From: Epithemia pelagica
Lineage: Eukaryota; Protista; Bacillariophyta
Direction: 5' to 3'
Assembly (NCBI GenBank): GCA_946965045.2
Contig: OX337241.1
Span: 2,108,001-2,172,000, forward strand
Length of the DNA stretch: 64,000 bases
Positions 46,042 to 58,779 of the stretch are shown here, one piece after another. Made by a program: the position numbers and the translations under genes. The notes under the pieces are model-generated. The model saw only the letters and a list, made by a program, of their open reading frames with translations. It was not told where the DNA came from and made no database searches. The first letter of the stretch is position 1; the number at the start of each line of letters is the position of its first letter.

Positions 46042-47415
46042 ATGTTATCCAAGGCACTTTATTTCCTTTCTACCCTCGCGGTAGCATCTTTGGTTCAGGG
46101 CCAGAACTCCCTCCTTTCTCAAGAAGTCGCAACCGATCCAGATTTGACCGTCTTTAACCAGGCTCTTGTCTTGACAGGAAACACTGGTCTCTTGGCGGAC
46201 AGGACCGCCAGTTTGACAGTCTTTGGACCCACGGACGACGCCTTTGCCATGCTCGACGCTGCCGCTCCCCAACTCACATCGGCACTTTTTACCACCCCGT
46301 GGTTGCTTCATTTGAAAGATCTCATTGACTTTCACATTTTGAATGGTCAGTCACGACAAGCCAGTTCCTTTCAAGCGGGAGAAGAACTTCTCATGTCCAA
46401 TGACGAAGACGTCACCGTCGTAAACGGTCCAGCCTTTGAGCCATCCGTGATTTTGGGTACAGCCAATGTGGTGGGAGGTGAAACAGTGGCTTTGAATGGC
46501 GTCTTGCACAAGCTTGACGATGTTCTTGAAGCACAATTCTTGAGCGTTTCCGTCTACGAAGCCTTGGTTGGCGTCAACTCTACCTTTGCCACACTTGTGG
46601 AAGCTGCGGGTCTCGTTGACTTTTACAATTCCCAATTCGGAATCACTGTGTTTGTCCCCACCGAGGAAGCTTTTGCGAGCCTTGACCCTGCTACGGTTTC
46701 CTTTCTGCTTTCTCCGGCCGGAAGACAGAGTTTGCGGGATCTTCTTCTTTACCATACCGTCAATAGTGTGATTCCCTCCTTCAGCATTCCGATTGGACGA
46801 AGTGCCAAGCGATCCGTGCAGAAACAAAAGCTGATTCTTGAACGAGCTCCATCGCTGGTGACTGTGAATGGACAAGCCGTTGTGGTTTCCGCCGACAATT
46901 TGGCAAACAATGGTATCTTTCATTTTATTGATCAAGTTCTAACCATCCCATCTGGCCCCATCGCCAAGGGCAAAGGAAAAGGAAAGGGTTACGGCAAGGG
47001 CAAGGGCTACGGCAAGGGATATGGAAAGGGCTACGGCAAGGGACATGGAAAGAAGGACAGCAGCAGTCGAGGAAAAGGATACTACTCCAAGGGAAAAGGC
47101 TACTACCCATCCAAAGGAAAAGGCTACCCCAGTAAGGGATATGCTGGAAAAGGAAAGGGCACCATCTTTACCATGGGCAAGGGATACCCATCAAAAGGAA
47201 AGGGATACGCCTATCCATCCAAGGGCAAGGGATACCCATCAAAAGGAAAGGGATATGGTTATCCTACCAAGGGATACCCATCGAAAGGAAAAGGATATCC
47301 ATCGAAAGGAAAGGGATACCCGTCCAAGGGCAAGGGATACCCGTCCAAGGGTAAGGGATACATTGGCAAGGGATACCCATCCAAGGGCAAGGGATACATT
47401 GGCAAAGGATTTTAG
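46042..47415 (+). CDS. Secreted fasciclin (two FAS1 domains) with a C-terminal Lys/Gly/Tyr repeat tail
   Basis: Signal peptide MLSKALYFLSTLAVASLVQG; TVFGPTDDAF..HIL..NGVLHKLDDVL and TVFVPTEEAF..YHTV..NGIFHFIDQVL; tail of GKGY and YPSKGKG repeats. Confidence 0.92.
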   Translation: MLSKALYFLSTLAVASLVQGQNSLLSQEVATDPDLTVFNQALVLTGNTGLLADRTASLTVFGPTDDAFAMLDAAAPQLTSALFTTPWLLHLKDLIDFHILNGQSRQASSFQAGEELLMSNDEDVTVVNGPAFEPSVILGTANVVGGETVALNGVLHKLDDVLEAQFLSVSVYEALVGVNSTFATLVEAAGLVDFYNSQFGITVFVPTEEAFASLDPATVSFLLSPAGRQSLRDLLLYHTVNSVIPSFSIPIGRSAKRSVQKQKLILERAPSLVTVNGQAVVVSADNLANNGIFHFIDQVLTIPSGPIAKGKGKGKGYGKGKGYGKGYGKGYGKGHGKKDSSSRGKGYYSKGKGYYPSKGKGYPSKGYAGKGKGTIFTMGKGYPSKGKGYAYPSKGKGYPSKGKGYGYPTKGYPSKGKGYPSKGKGYPSKGKGYPSKGKGYIGKGYPSKGKGYIGKGF

Positions 47416-48005
47416 AGGTCTGCATGTGTGATTTAATGAAAAGATGAAAATGAAAATCAAGACCCATGCTTGTAAGCAAGTATTACGCGTTGTGTCACAA
47501 CCATTGTACAATACAACTAACTATAACCGAAGTATAACAAAAAGCTTTTACGATACTATGGTTCATCGTTCTTACCTGCGCTCTCCGTACACACAAACTG
47601 GCACCCTCACCTACATGGGACGTCAATGGGCCCATTTCCACATAACCAACGAGTGAATCTATGATGGGCATGGTCGGCAAACCATCAGCTGTCTTCGTCA
47701 TCGAATTGCGAAAACTCGCCATCGTCTAGAAAGCCTCGAAATATAGTTACCCATGCTACCGGAGGTTCTTTGAAAACGATTGCGGCACAACAGTCGCATT
47801 TGTAATCTCTACTTGATGAGGTTCCACCTGGAATTTCTTTTGCTGCCGTACAACTGCCAACACACGAAGGACGCCATGTGAGCGTGATGCCATCTCGTTC
47901 GTGCGACAGGCTGGCAAGAGATCTCTACAACAGAGGCGACAAGGAATCGGATCGACCAAGACAAGGACTCATTAAACAACAACAACAGCAACAAGAAGAT
48001 TGGCC

Positions 48006-49202
48006 ATGAGTGAACAAAACGCCGATGTGGGAAGCGACGACTTTTCCGGTTTGGCTGGATTCTTTTTCTACGCCTTTATTGTTCATCCCATTACGGCGTG
48101 GATCCTTCGACCGGGTCGATTTGAACGAAAAAAGTCGATTCTCTATGCGATTGCGTTTCTTACCGCTCTTGCCGCCATCAAGACAGGTACGTCACTATGC
48201 CGAATGGCTGGATAGATGTTTGTTTTCCATTTGTGGATCTTAACATGTCGTTGGACCTCACGTCATTTTGATACACCCTTTTGTATTACAATGTGTCAAT
48301 CAGGTTTGGAAATGCAACAACGGGGCCCCAACTATTATTCACTCCTCGGTGTAACGAGATCATCGAGTCCGCTCGAAATCAAGCGGGCCTACAAAAAGCT
48401 CAGTTTGCAACTGCATCCCGATAAAAATCCCAGCCCGGATGCGTCGGATCAATTTGATGCGGTGAAACAGGCTTATGATGTTCTCATGGATTTGCAATAT
48501 CGAGATGTCTACAACAAATTTGGAGCGGAAGGAGTTCGAAGCAATAAAAATTACGATGAAATGAGCTTTTTGGTGGAGGTGGCCATTTACTACATTTCGT
48601 ATGGAATGATGGCTTTTATGTTAACCTTGGGAAAGGGCAGCGGGGAAGCCCGAAATTGGATATTTACTGGTCTCATTGCCATGCTTGTGGTCGAAGTAGT
48701 GCTCATGACGTCGAGAACCAACCCCTTTCCTTCATGGTTCATGCCTCAAACCACAGAATACGACTTTGTTTGGTTATTGAAATCACTCTTTCCGGCCTTT
48801 TTAAATGGATGTCGATCACTGGGGGCGTTTCTCTACGTGGACATGGATGCGCAAACGCGACAACTTCTCTTGGCCTTGCAAGAACAAAACAAGGATATTT
48901 TGCTCGTTTTGCGAGACATTCAAATTGGAGTCCAAACCATTCAAACGCATGGAGGTGGTGGCGGTGGCGGAGGGTCCGCTCCTCGGTTGGCCACGGATGG
49001 TACCAGTTCGGCACCAACTGGTGCTGCCGGTGCCACCCCCACGGGGAAAATCAAGGAGCTGCAGGAGAGATTGAAAACATCCAATAGCACCGTCGCTCAG
49101 GCAGTGCAACAACTTCAATCGGATGGATCTGGAAAATCGTCCAACATGGGTTTTTATTTGATGATTCTTGGATACATTGTCATCTCCTACATTTTCAATT
49201 AA
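48006..49202 (+). CDS. Membrane-anchored DnaJ-domain protein, 2 exons (48006-48186, 48304-49202), ~359 aa
   Basis: NYYSLLGV..IKRAYKKLSLQLHPDKN..AYDVL J-domain with HPD; hydrophobic segments on both sides; intron 48187-48303. Confidence 0.9.
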
Positions 49203-49229
49203 TATACGACTATCCGAGGTGGAAGAATC

Positions 49230-50829
49230 CCTTGCTGAGTTAATTTGAGCAATAAATCATCGTCTGATCTTACTAGGAAGGTGATGTGGACTTTTAGGTT
49301 GGAAATCTATCCATGCTCTGCAAGAGGTAGCTGGCTTCCGGGTCCGGGGGATTTCGAGTCGTTAGTTCTCGGAGCTACCTCTGGGACTAGCTATACTAGA
49401 GGAGTAGCAGTAGGTAGCAGCACTCTAGAGGTAGCAGTAGCAGGTTCCGGGTTCCGGGAGATAAGTCCCAACCATCACCTGTTACCTGTCCCTGGGTTGG
49501 ACCAATAATTGTAACTACATCAAACAATACTATCAGTGAGGGGTATTGTGTATTGTGGATTGTGGTTTGTGGTGCTAGATGATTGTATATTGTACTCCTA
49601 AGATCGTCATTATTTTCGGACGCTCGGTAAAAGGATCTAGGTAGTCAGTCTAGCTAGAGGTAGTTCCCTCTCTACAAGCTCTAGCTAGCTCTAGAGAGAG
49701 AGTATTCGTAGAGTAGTAGAGAGGTTGTAGATTGTAGAGGATGCTAGAGAGCCGAACCGTGGTCTCATGATAGACTGTGAAGAGCTCCCAGGCTTTCGAG
49801 ATTTCTGATAAAGACTACTCCTATCGATTTGAAGAGACTGAGAGAAAAGTAGTGTTACAAGAGCATTTCAGTCTACTTGTAAAATGGACTACTCCTAGAG
49901 AGCCACTCTACTCGTACTCGTAGAGAGAAGCATCCTAAATCTGAACTGTTACCTAGATTTAAGATACTCCGCTGGCTCAATAGATGAGAAGGCGTAGCTA
50001 TATTCTGTATTCCGCTCTCACGTTTATTGTCATGGAGGAAAGAATAAGTCTCACGGCTATGGATCAATTCGAATTACTGTCTGATATTGGTACCGATATC
50101 CGATATGCTCGCCCCTTTTACTCCTAGGTTCCTTTAGAAAAACCTGATGAATAAGACCCCTAAGGAGACTCGTTGAGGTGACTCATAGCTCATAGCCCCC
50201 ATTTGTAGCAATCCGGAAGCTGAAAGCTGCATGCTAAGGTGCATGCAACCAAGTACGAGCTCGTACATAGACGCTGGAGAAGAAACGATCAATAACATTC
50301 ATATTGTCCAACCACTCTGGCAAAAATAATGGTAATGCCTAATGCCAACTTGTTCCAGAATAAAACTCAGATTAATCCGAAAATTCCGGAACAAGAAACA
50401 AGAAGCTTAGACTTAGACGATAGACGACGAACGACGATCGACGATACACGAGCTCGTACCTTACTCTTACAACACTTACAATAGAAATGGGGATTGGGTT
50501 TGGGGTATAGAAGTTAGAAGTAGAGAGAATAGAGAATAGACATTTTTGTAGACATAAAGGTGAGATACTCCTAAGAGATAAGGGATTGGGAGTTGTTATA
50601 CTGTTGTACAATAGCATTGGAATAGTTGGTAGCTTCTGCCCCTATCACATTTACCTTTTTATTGGTAGACCAACTCACTCCGAGTTGAAGACTGCCATTG
50701 AAGAATCCTTTTGACAGCACTGAAGAAGACATCAACGGAGTGCACTTCTTTTTCTTAAGTGCAGTCTTCATGGATAGAAGGATGTCCATCTGTTTTGGAT
50801 CTCTGAGAAGAGCGTCGAGAAGAGTTCAT
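49230..50829 (-). pseudogene. Unidentified decayed coding relic rich in CTAG and TA
   Basis: Protein-like minus-strand frames broken by many TAA/TAG stops; dense CTAG at 49370-49960. No family recognised. Confidence 0.35.
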
Positions 50830-50852
50830 AATATCAAACAATATAGTAAAGA

Positions 50853-51368
50853 ATGAACATGACATCAACGACAACGGTCGACTGCAACGTACTTTGGCAA
50901 TCGCTCCAAACCAAAGGAGGCACTATGCCAGTGATGATTGAGTCGGTGGTCGACAACGCCTTGACTCATTTTCATCATACGAAACAACCAAATGATCGGA
51001 CGGTTGACACCCCTCCACGAAGGCCAAGAAGAAAGACGCTTCCCACTGTTCTCAACGAGAAAAAGAAAAATAAGGGAACGACATCTGTCTGTCCATCGCG
51101 GCTTCTCAATCGTTCGCGATGGGAATGTTCGTCTCCTCCTTCTTCGAGCACCAAGAAGAGAGTCTTGAAAGGAGACTCCATTCCTGTCTTGAAACATCGA
51201 CTACGAGGATATGGAACTATCGATGATAGTCCCTCATTAGTTGGGTTTTCTCTTCAAGACAGTCAGCAACACATGGACGAGACAAGGCCCGAACTCAAGT
51301 CGAATACATCTTTCCCGCCCCCAGAATGGTCTCTCTCGTTCCTTGTCCAGCCATGCTGCAATCGATGA
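50853..51368 (+). CDS. Hypothetical 171-aa protein
   Basis: ATG-started ORF with a PPRRPRRK motif; no domain recognised. Confidence 0.5.
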   Translation: MNMTSTTTVDCNVLWQSLQTKGGTMPVMIESVVDNALTHFHHTKQPNDRTVDTPPRRPRRKTLPTVLNEKKKNKGTTSVCPSRLLNRSRWECSSPPSSSTKKRVLKGDSIPVLKHRLRGYGTIDDSPSLVGFSLQDSQQHMDETRPELKSNTSFPPPEWSLSFLVQPCCNR

Positions 51369-51484
51369 AAAGTGACAGTGAACCCAATCTCATGTTGAGA
51401 GACTATGAGGGTGTGGAAGAATTACTGGACAGCGCTCTGGACGCATCATGCAAGACTTCGTTTCGAAGGAAGGTTTGATGTCTT

Positions 51485-51955
51485 TGTTAGAATTCTCACC
51501 GTCTATGGTGGTTAGATTCTACATCTCATCGATTCCCCATGTCACATAGCCTCGTGCTATCGCATCATGCCATCTAGCTTCGAGCTATGTTCCCTAGCTT
51601 CGCGCTATATCGACCTATATTTCTTCGCAAATCATGAAAAGTGAGAATAGATTGACGAACTCACTCTCAAGACTAAACTGGGTCGTGCGGTATTACAACG
51701 GACATAAATTTGGCCGTTGCTCGGACATTATACTAACGCCCTAAGCGTACGCGCCCGAAATCATCGAGCGCGCCCAAGCGACAATCTAACAATATCACCA
51801 TTTATCACATCTTCTTTTGTGTCCCGACTATCCTTCTGATAGACTTCGACTTGCTTGCTTCTCTGACCCTGAGAAGCTTGTATCGGTTGGTGACCTACCT
51901 GATTGTCTGCTCTACCGAGCATCAATGTCCCTACGATTCAGAAAGAATTGTAACA
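51485..51955 (+). repeat. 5' LTR of copy 2 with a 312-bp internal deletion (471 bp)
   Basis: CCAAGCGACA joins directly to ATCTAACAAT at ~51783 with ACA microhomology. Confidence 0.95.
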
Positions 51956-51991
51956 GATTAACAGTCTCAAAGCTTATTTCCTTGTGGTTTC

Positions 51992-52771
51992 ATGGATACT
52001 AACGAGCTTATCACTCCTGTACGACAGATCTATCGAGCCAACCTGCATCCCGGGCAGCCCGATACCCTGGTGCAGCAGGAACTGGTGCCGACGCCGAAGG
52101 CAGCCAACACATCGGTCAACATCTCCGTCGACAGTTCCAACAGCAACCCATTCGAGACTCCAACCCAGCCTCACGCTCCGATCCCTGCGCCGTTGCTTCG
52201 GCCCCCGAGTCCGCCTCGTCGGCTCGTCCCTTCTCGATCCCGTCGTACCACCCGGTTGATTGCTGATCATATCAAGTACTTCCGTCAACCAACTTGTTCG
52301 ACCTTCGATCCCGAGATCATCCGTGGGGAGACCCAGATCGAACGCCAGTTCCAATCGGTGACCCACATCGTCGACCAAGAAGACATTGACCGTCTGAACG
52401 ACCAACTTCATCGTTCTCCGAGGCGTCGCCTCATCTTGGCCGCCCTCTCGGGCAACCCCATCCGTACTGTCCACCTCCGCTTCCTAACCTTCGAGCGCCC
52501 AACTGGATACTACAATACCATCCACTTCGTGAACGCGACGACTTGCCCTCTGCCTCCTAACGTTGTACGCCTAGATAACTACGTTGCCTACATCCACGAG
52601 GTCCATACCATCGAGGACCATCGTGCAACTATCTTCCCTTTGCGTACCGAGGTCGAGAACCACCTGGCTGAAGGTGATACCCCTTCTCCTGTTGCTTGTG
52701 CTGCCCCATCTGAGCCTGGAAACGACTCTGATCATTCGGAAGAGAGTGGGGATTCGGAGACCGAAGCTTAA
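51992..52771 (+). CDS. Family A accessory ORF upstream of gag (259 aa), intact
   Basis: ATG 36 nt after the LTR end; homologous to 38916-39671. Confidence 0.88.
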   Translation: MDTNELITPVRQIYRANLHPGQPDTLVQQELVPTPKAANTSVNISVDSSNSNPFETPTQPHAPIPAPLLRPPSPPRRLVPSRSRRTTRLIADHIKYFRQPTCSTFDPEIIRGETQIERQFQSVTHIVDQEDIDRLNDQLHRSPRRRLILAALSGNPIRTVHLRFLTFERPTGYYNTIHFVNATTCPLPPNVVRLDNYVAYIHEVHTIEDHRATIFPLRTEVENHLAEGDTPSPVACAAPSEPGNDSDHSEESGDSETEA

Positions 52772-53091
52772 TTACTCATAGTTAACTCCCGTCCTCTCAA
52801 AACCTTTCCAAGACTTAAACTCAACGCACATCCGGGTACCCTTGGTCGCACAACACGCCACACATTCCCGTCAAATCGCGAAAATTCGGCAAAAATTTGT
52901 TGAAACTCGGCGAAAATTTGTCGGAATCAACGGAAATTTCCAGGAGTCGCACATCACAACACACATCCGGGTATCACATACGTGGTACATACGTGGCACA
53001 CGTGGTACATCCGGGTTCACAGCACATCACACATTAAATAAACCACATCACACCGCACATTAAATAAACATCGAACCAACCAAATAACACC

Positions 53092-56000
53092 ATGGATCCT
53101 CAATCACCCAAGACACCTACGACTCCTAAGGGAGAAGATAACCAAGACAATGTCTCGAACACAGACCTATTCGACCACATCATATTTACTGTCTGCCAAT
53201 TCTTTACCAAAGAAAGGGCCGACTACTTAATGAAGTGGATGAAATACCATGGTTTTGAGAACATTACCCATGTTATCTCGTATATGCAAACTAATACCGA
53301 GGAATCCATGAAGGAACTGACACAATACAAGGTCAACAAATAGACACATGATCTACAAGGCCCCACAAGACAGCAGATCAAGCTCTTGGCTTATTGGGCC
53401 ATATACAAGACCAATGAAATTCAAGACGAGCTATCCAATAGCGACTGGATGAACCTAACGAGGAAAGAGTTCAACACTTGGAGGATCAACACAGATTTCT
53501 CTAAGGGACCACCTAGCCAAGTCCCAGTCTTGCCAATGAAGTCACCGTCATCTGTGAAATCTGTCAGCACAGTTACTGTCGCATCCCAATCTCAACAAGA
53601 CCTTACAGCATTCAGGAAGGGAACTAAGCGCGACGCAACTGCATATGAGGTATTCAAGGATGAACGATACTACGATTCATTCTGGCGTGTATTCAAGACT
53701 ACAGCTAAGGCTCAAGGCCTATCCAACGTTCTGAATTTCAAATACACACCACCCCATGATGATGAGTATGCCGAAGAACTTTTTCAAGAGCAACAAGTAT
53801 TTCTTTACTCCGTTCTTGTCCGTATCATTCAGACTGACCAAGGTCGAGCCTATGTACGTGAACATGAACATGATGAAGATGCGCGTGCCGTATTGCAGAA
53901 GTTACACTCTTTGCATACCGAATCCGACCTAGCAAAGCGAGAAGTCCTCCGCTTAACCAACTACATTTCCAATCTACGTCTTGACGACACATGGCGCGGA
54001 ACAACACGTCAATTTCTTCTACACTTTCAAGAGCAGCTACGTTTGCTAGACAATCTAGTGACATTGTCTGATCGCATCCCTGATCATACCAGGATGACCT
54101 TCCTCATGCAAGCTGTAGAAAAGGTACCTGATCTCCGCCGAGTCAAGATCTTGGATAATGTGGTGAACACCAAATCCGGTGCAAAATCCCTTTGCTATCA
54201 ATCATACTTCCGTCTCCTTCTAGACGCAGCTTATGACCATGATCAAGCAACCCAGTCATCTGTTCATAGTCGCCGTCGACATGTCAAACAACATGAATCA
54301 CTATATGGCCAAGATACAGATGCTGACATAACCTCACAAGATGATATGGAGTATCATGTCCACAACACCAAAGCGACATCTGAATCTCCATCCTCTTCGT
54401 CCAAGGTTAGTCTACCGCGTGACCTATGGTTCAAACTTTCTGAAGAAGATCGCAAGTTGATCATTGAGTATAACAAGATGATTCAAGCACCTTCATCAAC
54501 AACACCGAGGAAAGTGCAAACACATGCCCTCGACATTGATCCGGAACCTGATCCTGACCCCAACCAAGTTGCATCTGATGACGACTCACCTGGCGTAGTC
54601 CCTGAGCATCCAGATGATTCAGATCCGGTTACACAATTTATCAACCAAGCCATGACGACTGATATCAATCACCCGGCAACTGACCTGACTAGTGTTCTTT
54701 CTAACGCCAAGTCCAAGACGAGCAAGAAGGTTACTTTCAAAGCCAACATGCATAAACAAGCAGGACATGTTCCACGCTATTTGTTTTCCAGGAAATCTAC
54801 TTTACCAGGAAATCAATTGATTGACCGTGGTGCTAATGGAGGACTTGCTGGTTCTGACATGCGCATCCTTTCTAAGACTGGCCGCCATATCACTATTGTG
54901 GGTATTGATAACCATGAACTTACTGGACTTCCTGTCGTCACATGTGCCGCAAAGTTTGAGACCAATGATGGACCTATTGTCGGCATCTTCAATGAATATG
55001 CTTTTTATGGAAAGGGCTTATCTATCCATGCTCCTGGTCAATTCGAGCATTTCGGACTTGCTGTTGATGAACGATCTGTTAAAGTTGATGGTAAACAACG
55101 CATCACTACACTTGATGGTCGTGCTATACCCCTTCACATCAAGGATGGGTTAGCCTACATCCACTCCTTGGGTATCCCCAGCGACGATGACATGGATACC
55201 TTACCTCAGATCATCTTCACGTCACCCGACACATGGGATCCTGGTGTTCTGGACCATTCGTATTCTCCCACACCCTCTGACAATGATCCTGATTGGAAAC
55301 ACGTCAAGACTGATGGTAGTATGTCGAACCATCCATATGACAACTATGGGGAGTACACTGATCGTGTTGTTTGTAACCTCAATCTCCTTTTGGATCTCCC
55401 ATACGATCATGGACCTGACGACGCACCCTTCTTTTCTATCTATGCTGACGCAGAAGGTAATGATCCTACGCTTCATGCCTCTGTCCACCGTCGTTACCAG
55501 GAAGCGTATGACTGGAAGAAGTTCCGTCCATTCTTTGGTTGGCAATCTGAAGATGTTATTGCCAATACGTTCAAGCACACTACACGTAATGGTAGCATTA
55601 CTTTTGACCACGACACCCTCAAGAAACATTTCAAGGCTCGCAATCCGGTCCTTAATATACCTCGACGCCATGAACCCGTTGCTACTGACTCGGTTTTCTC
55701 CGACACCCCTGCTGTTGACCATGGCGGTAAAGTTGCACAAATCTTTGTTGGTCGAGATACTCTGGTTACTGATATCTATGGGATCAAGTCAACCAAACAG
55801 TTTGTCAATACTCTTCAGGACAACATCCGGTTTCGTGGTGCCATGGAGACTCTTATCAGTGATGGTGGTTCATCTCTCATCTCTCAAAAGGTCAAAGACA
55901 TTCTTCGCACTTTGCTTATTGGGGAGTATCGATCCGAACCTTATCATCAACACCAGAATAAGGCTGAAAACCGCTACCAGACCGTCAAACGTATGACCAA

Positions 56001-58779
56001 CGCTCTCATGAACGCCACTGGTTGCCCTGCCAACACCTGGCTTCTTTGCCTTGAGTATGTCTGTGACTTATTGAACCATACATCATCACCCACCCATTCC
56101 GGTCGCACTCCTCTTGAGGCTCTCTCCGGACGCCCACCCGACATTACTCATCTCTTGTTCTTTCCTTTCTGGGATGAGGTTTACTACCGTGTCGACCCCG
56201 CTGAACCCAATTCCGGTTCATATCCATCTTCTTCTGATGAGAAACTTGGCCACTGGGTTGGTTTTGCTCACAACGTTGGTGATTCTTTTACTTGGAAGAT
56301 TCTCACCCAGGATAACCAGATCATCTACCGTTCTGCCGTTCGCCGTGTTGAATCCACTACACCTAACCTACATGTGGATCGACCTTCAGGGGAGGATTCG
56401 TCTGAGAAGGATGACAATGATAAGCAAGCTGACACTGTCTTCATTTGCAGTGATAGTGAAGATCCATCCAAACCAATGCCCACGATCGATTTTGACGACA
56501 TGATAGGACGCACATTCCTATGCGACACAGAAGAAAATGGGGAGCGACACCGTGCACGTGTCATCAAACGAGTCATTGATCTTAATGAAGAAGCAACGAA
56601 ACAGGAAGAACGTGTCAAGTACATCTACCGAAAGACAAATTCTGATGTTGATGAGATGATATCCTATAATCAACTCATGGAGTATATCGAACGAGATAAC
56701 CAAGCTCAAACCTCTGGAGATAATCTTTTCAGGTTCAGGGACGTCATTGCCCATCAAGGCCCACTGAACACAACTGATCCAGATTACAAGGGGAGCAAAT
56801 ATAATTTGCTTGTTGATTGGGAAACTGGGGAGACTACCTATGAACCTTTATCACTCATCGCCAATGATGATCCGATCACTGTAGCAATTTACGGAAAGAA
56901 ACATGGTTTACTCAACGAACCTGGATGGAAGCATTTGAAACGTTATGTCAAAACAAGCAAACGTCTCATTCGAGCAGCCAAACAGTCAAGGATTAAACAA
57001 GTTCACCATTCCGTCAAGTATAAGTTTGGATTCCAAGTACCACGCAATTATGAGGAAGCTGTCGCTCTTGATAAACAACATGGCAACACAAGGTGGCAGG
57101 ATGCAACAGAATTAGAATTGTCACAGATCCAGTCCTACAAGACATTCAAGGATTTTGGGAAAGCCATCTTCATTAAAGGGAAAGTATCCAATGCACCTGA
57201 AGGATATCATAAGATACATGTACATCTTGTCTTTGACGTAAAACATGATGGACGACATAAAGCAAGACTTGTCGCAGATGGACATCTCACAAAAGAACCT
57301 GTTGAGACAATCTATTCAGGTGTTGTTTCCATTCGCAACCTCCGCATTGCCTTATTCCTGGGTGCTTTGAATGACTTGGAAATATGGGGAGCAGATATTG
57401 GAAACGCATATCTGGAAGCCTTGACAGGGGAGAAAATCTTCATTGTCGCAGGACCTGAATTCAAGGAATTAGAAGGTCACATCCTGATTATATACAAGGC
57501 ACTTTATGGATTGAAGTCATCAGGCGCACGCTGGCATGATGTCTTATTCGATGTTTTGACCGACATGGGATTTTCACCAAGCAAAGCAGATCCGGATATC
57601 TGGATGAGGAAAGCACCTGGAGAAGACTGTTACGAATACATTGCCGTATACGTTGATGACTTAGCCATTATTTCTACTGATCCTGGGAATATCTGCAAGA
57701 TCCTGAAGGAGAAATACAACTTCAAGCTCAAAGGAGATGGACCTATTGATTTCCACTTAGGATGTTGTTACACCAAGGATTCTGATGGAACACTAGTAGC
57801 AGATCCAAGACGTTACATTGCTAAGATGATGGACACTTTCGAACGCATCTTCAAGGAGAAACCCAAGAAAGCCAAAACACCTCTTATTGGTGGAGACCAT
57901 CCTGAATTGGATGATTCTGAGCTCCTTGATGAAGAAGATACTAGCCATTTCCAAACTCTGATTGGACAACTCCAATGGGTGATCACTATTGGTCGTTTTG
58001 ACGTCTTCACCGCTACAATGACGCTATCACGCTTTCGTGCTGCTCGGAGGAAAGGACATCTTGATAGAGCCAAGCGTATCTATGGATACCTTGCACATCT
58101 CCCAGAAGGCGCAATCAGATTTAGGATTGGAGAGCCTGATTATTCAAGTCTTCCTACCCAAGAATTTGATTGGACTCGCACTGTCTATTCGAATGCAAGT
58201 GAACGTATTCCTGAAGACTGCCCAACACCTCTTGGCCGCTATGTTACCACAACTCATTATGTTGATGCCAATCTCATGCATGACATAGTCACTGGTAAAT
58301 CTGTCACTGCTGTTCTACATTTGTTGAACGGAACACCTATTGACTGGTACAGCAAGAGACAGAGCACGGTGGAAACTGCTACCTATGGATCCGAGTTTGT
58401 GGCTGCAAGGACAGCAATAGATCAGATTACAGAATTACGACATTTTCTCCGCTACCTTGGAGTACCTATCCGAGAGCGAAGTTACATGTACGGAGATAAC
58501 AGATCTGTTGTGCTCAATGCAACCGTTCCTCATTCCATACTATCCAAGAGACACCATCTTCTGTCATACCACCGAGTTTGTGAAGCCATCGCAGCAAAGT
58601 ATGTTGCATTCTACTGGAAAGATGGAAAGACCAACCCTGCCGATATCCTTAGCAAACATTGGGATTTTGTATCTATTTGGCCCATGCTCAAGCCATTGTT
58701 GTTTTGGAAAGGAGAAGTTCAAGACCTCAACAAATCCAATGATGACAAGGCTGAAACGACGAGTTGTGGGGAGTGTTAG
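53092..58779 (+). pseudogene. Family A gag-pol with a single nonsense codon (TAG 53341-53343)
   Basis: Copy 1 has CAG here; the rest of the frame is open through RH to the LTR. Confidence 0.93.

Noticed and set aside
51992-52771. Accessory ORF as an env-like gene
   Set aside because: Upstream of gag, with no signal peptide or transmembrane segment.
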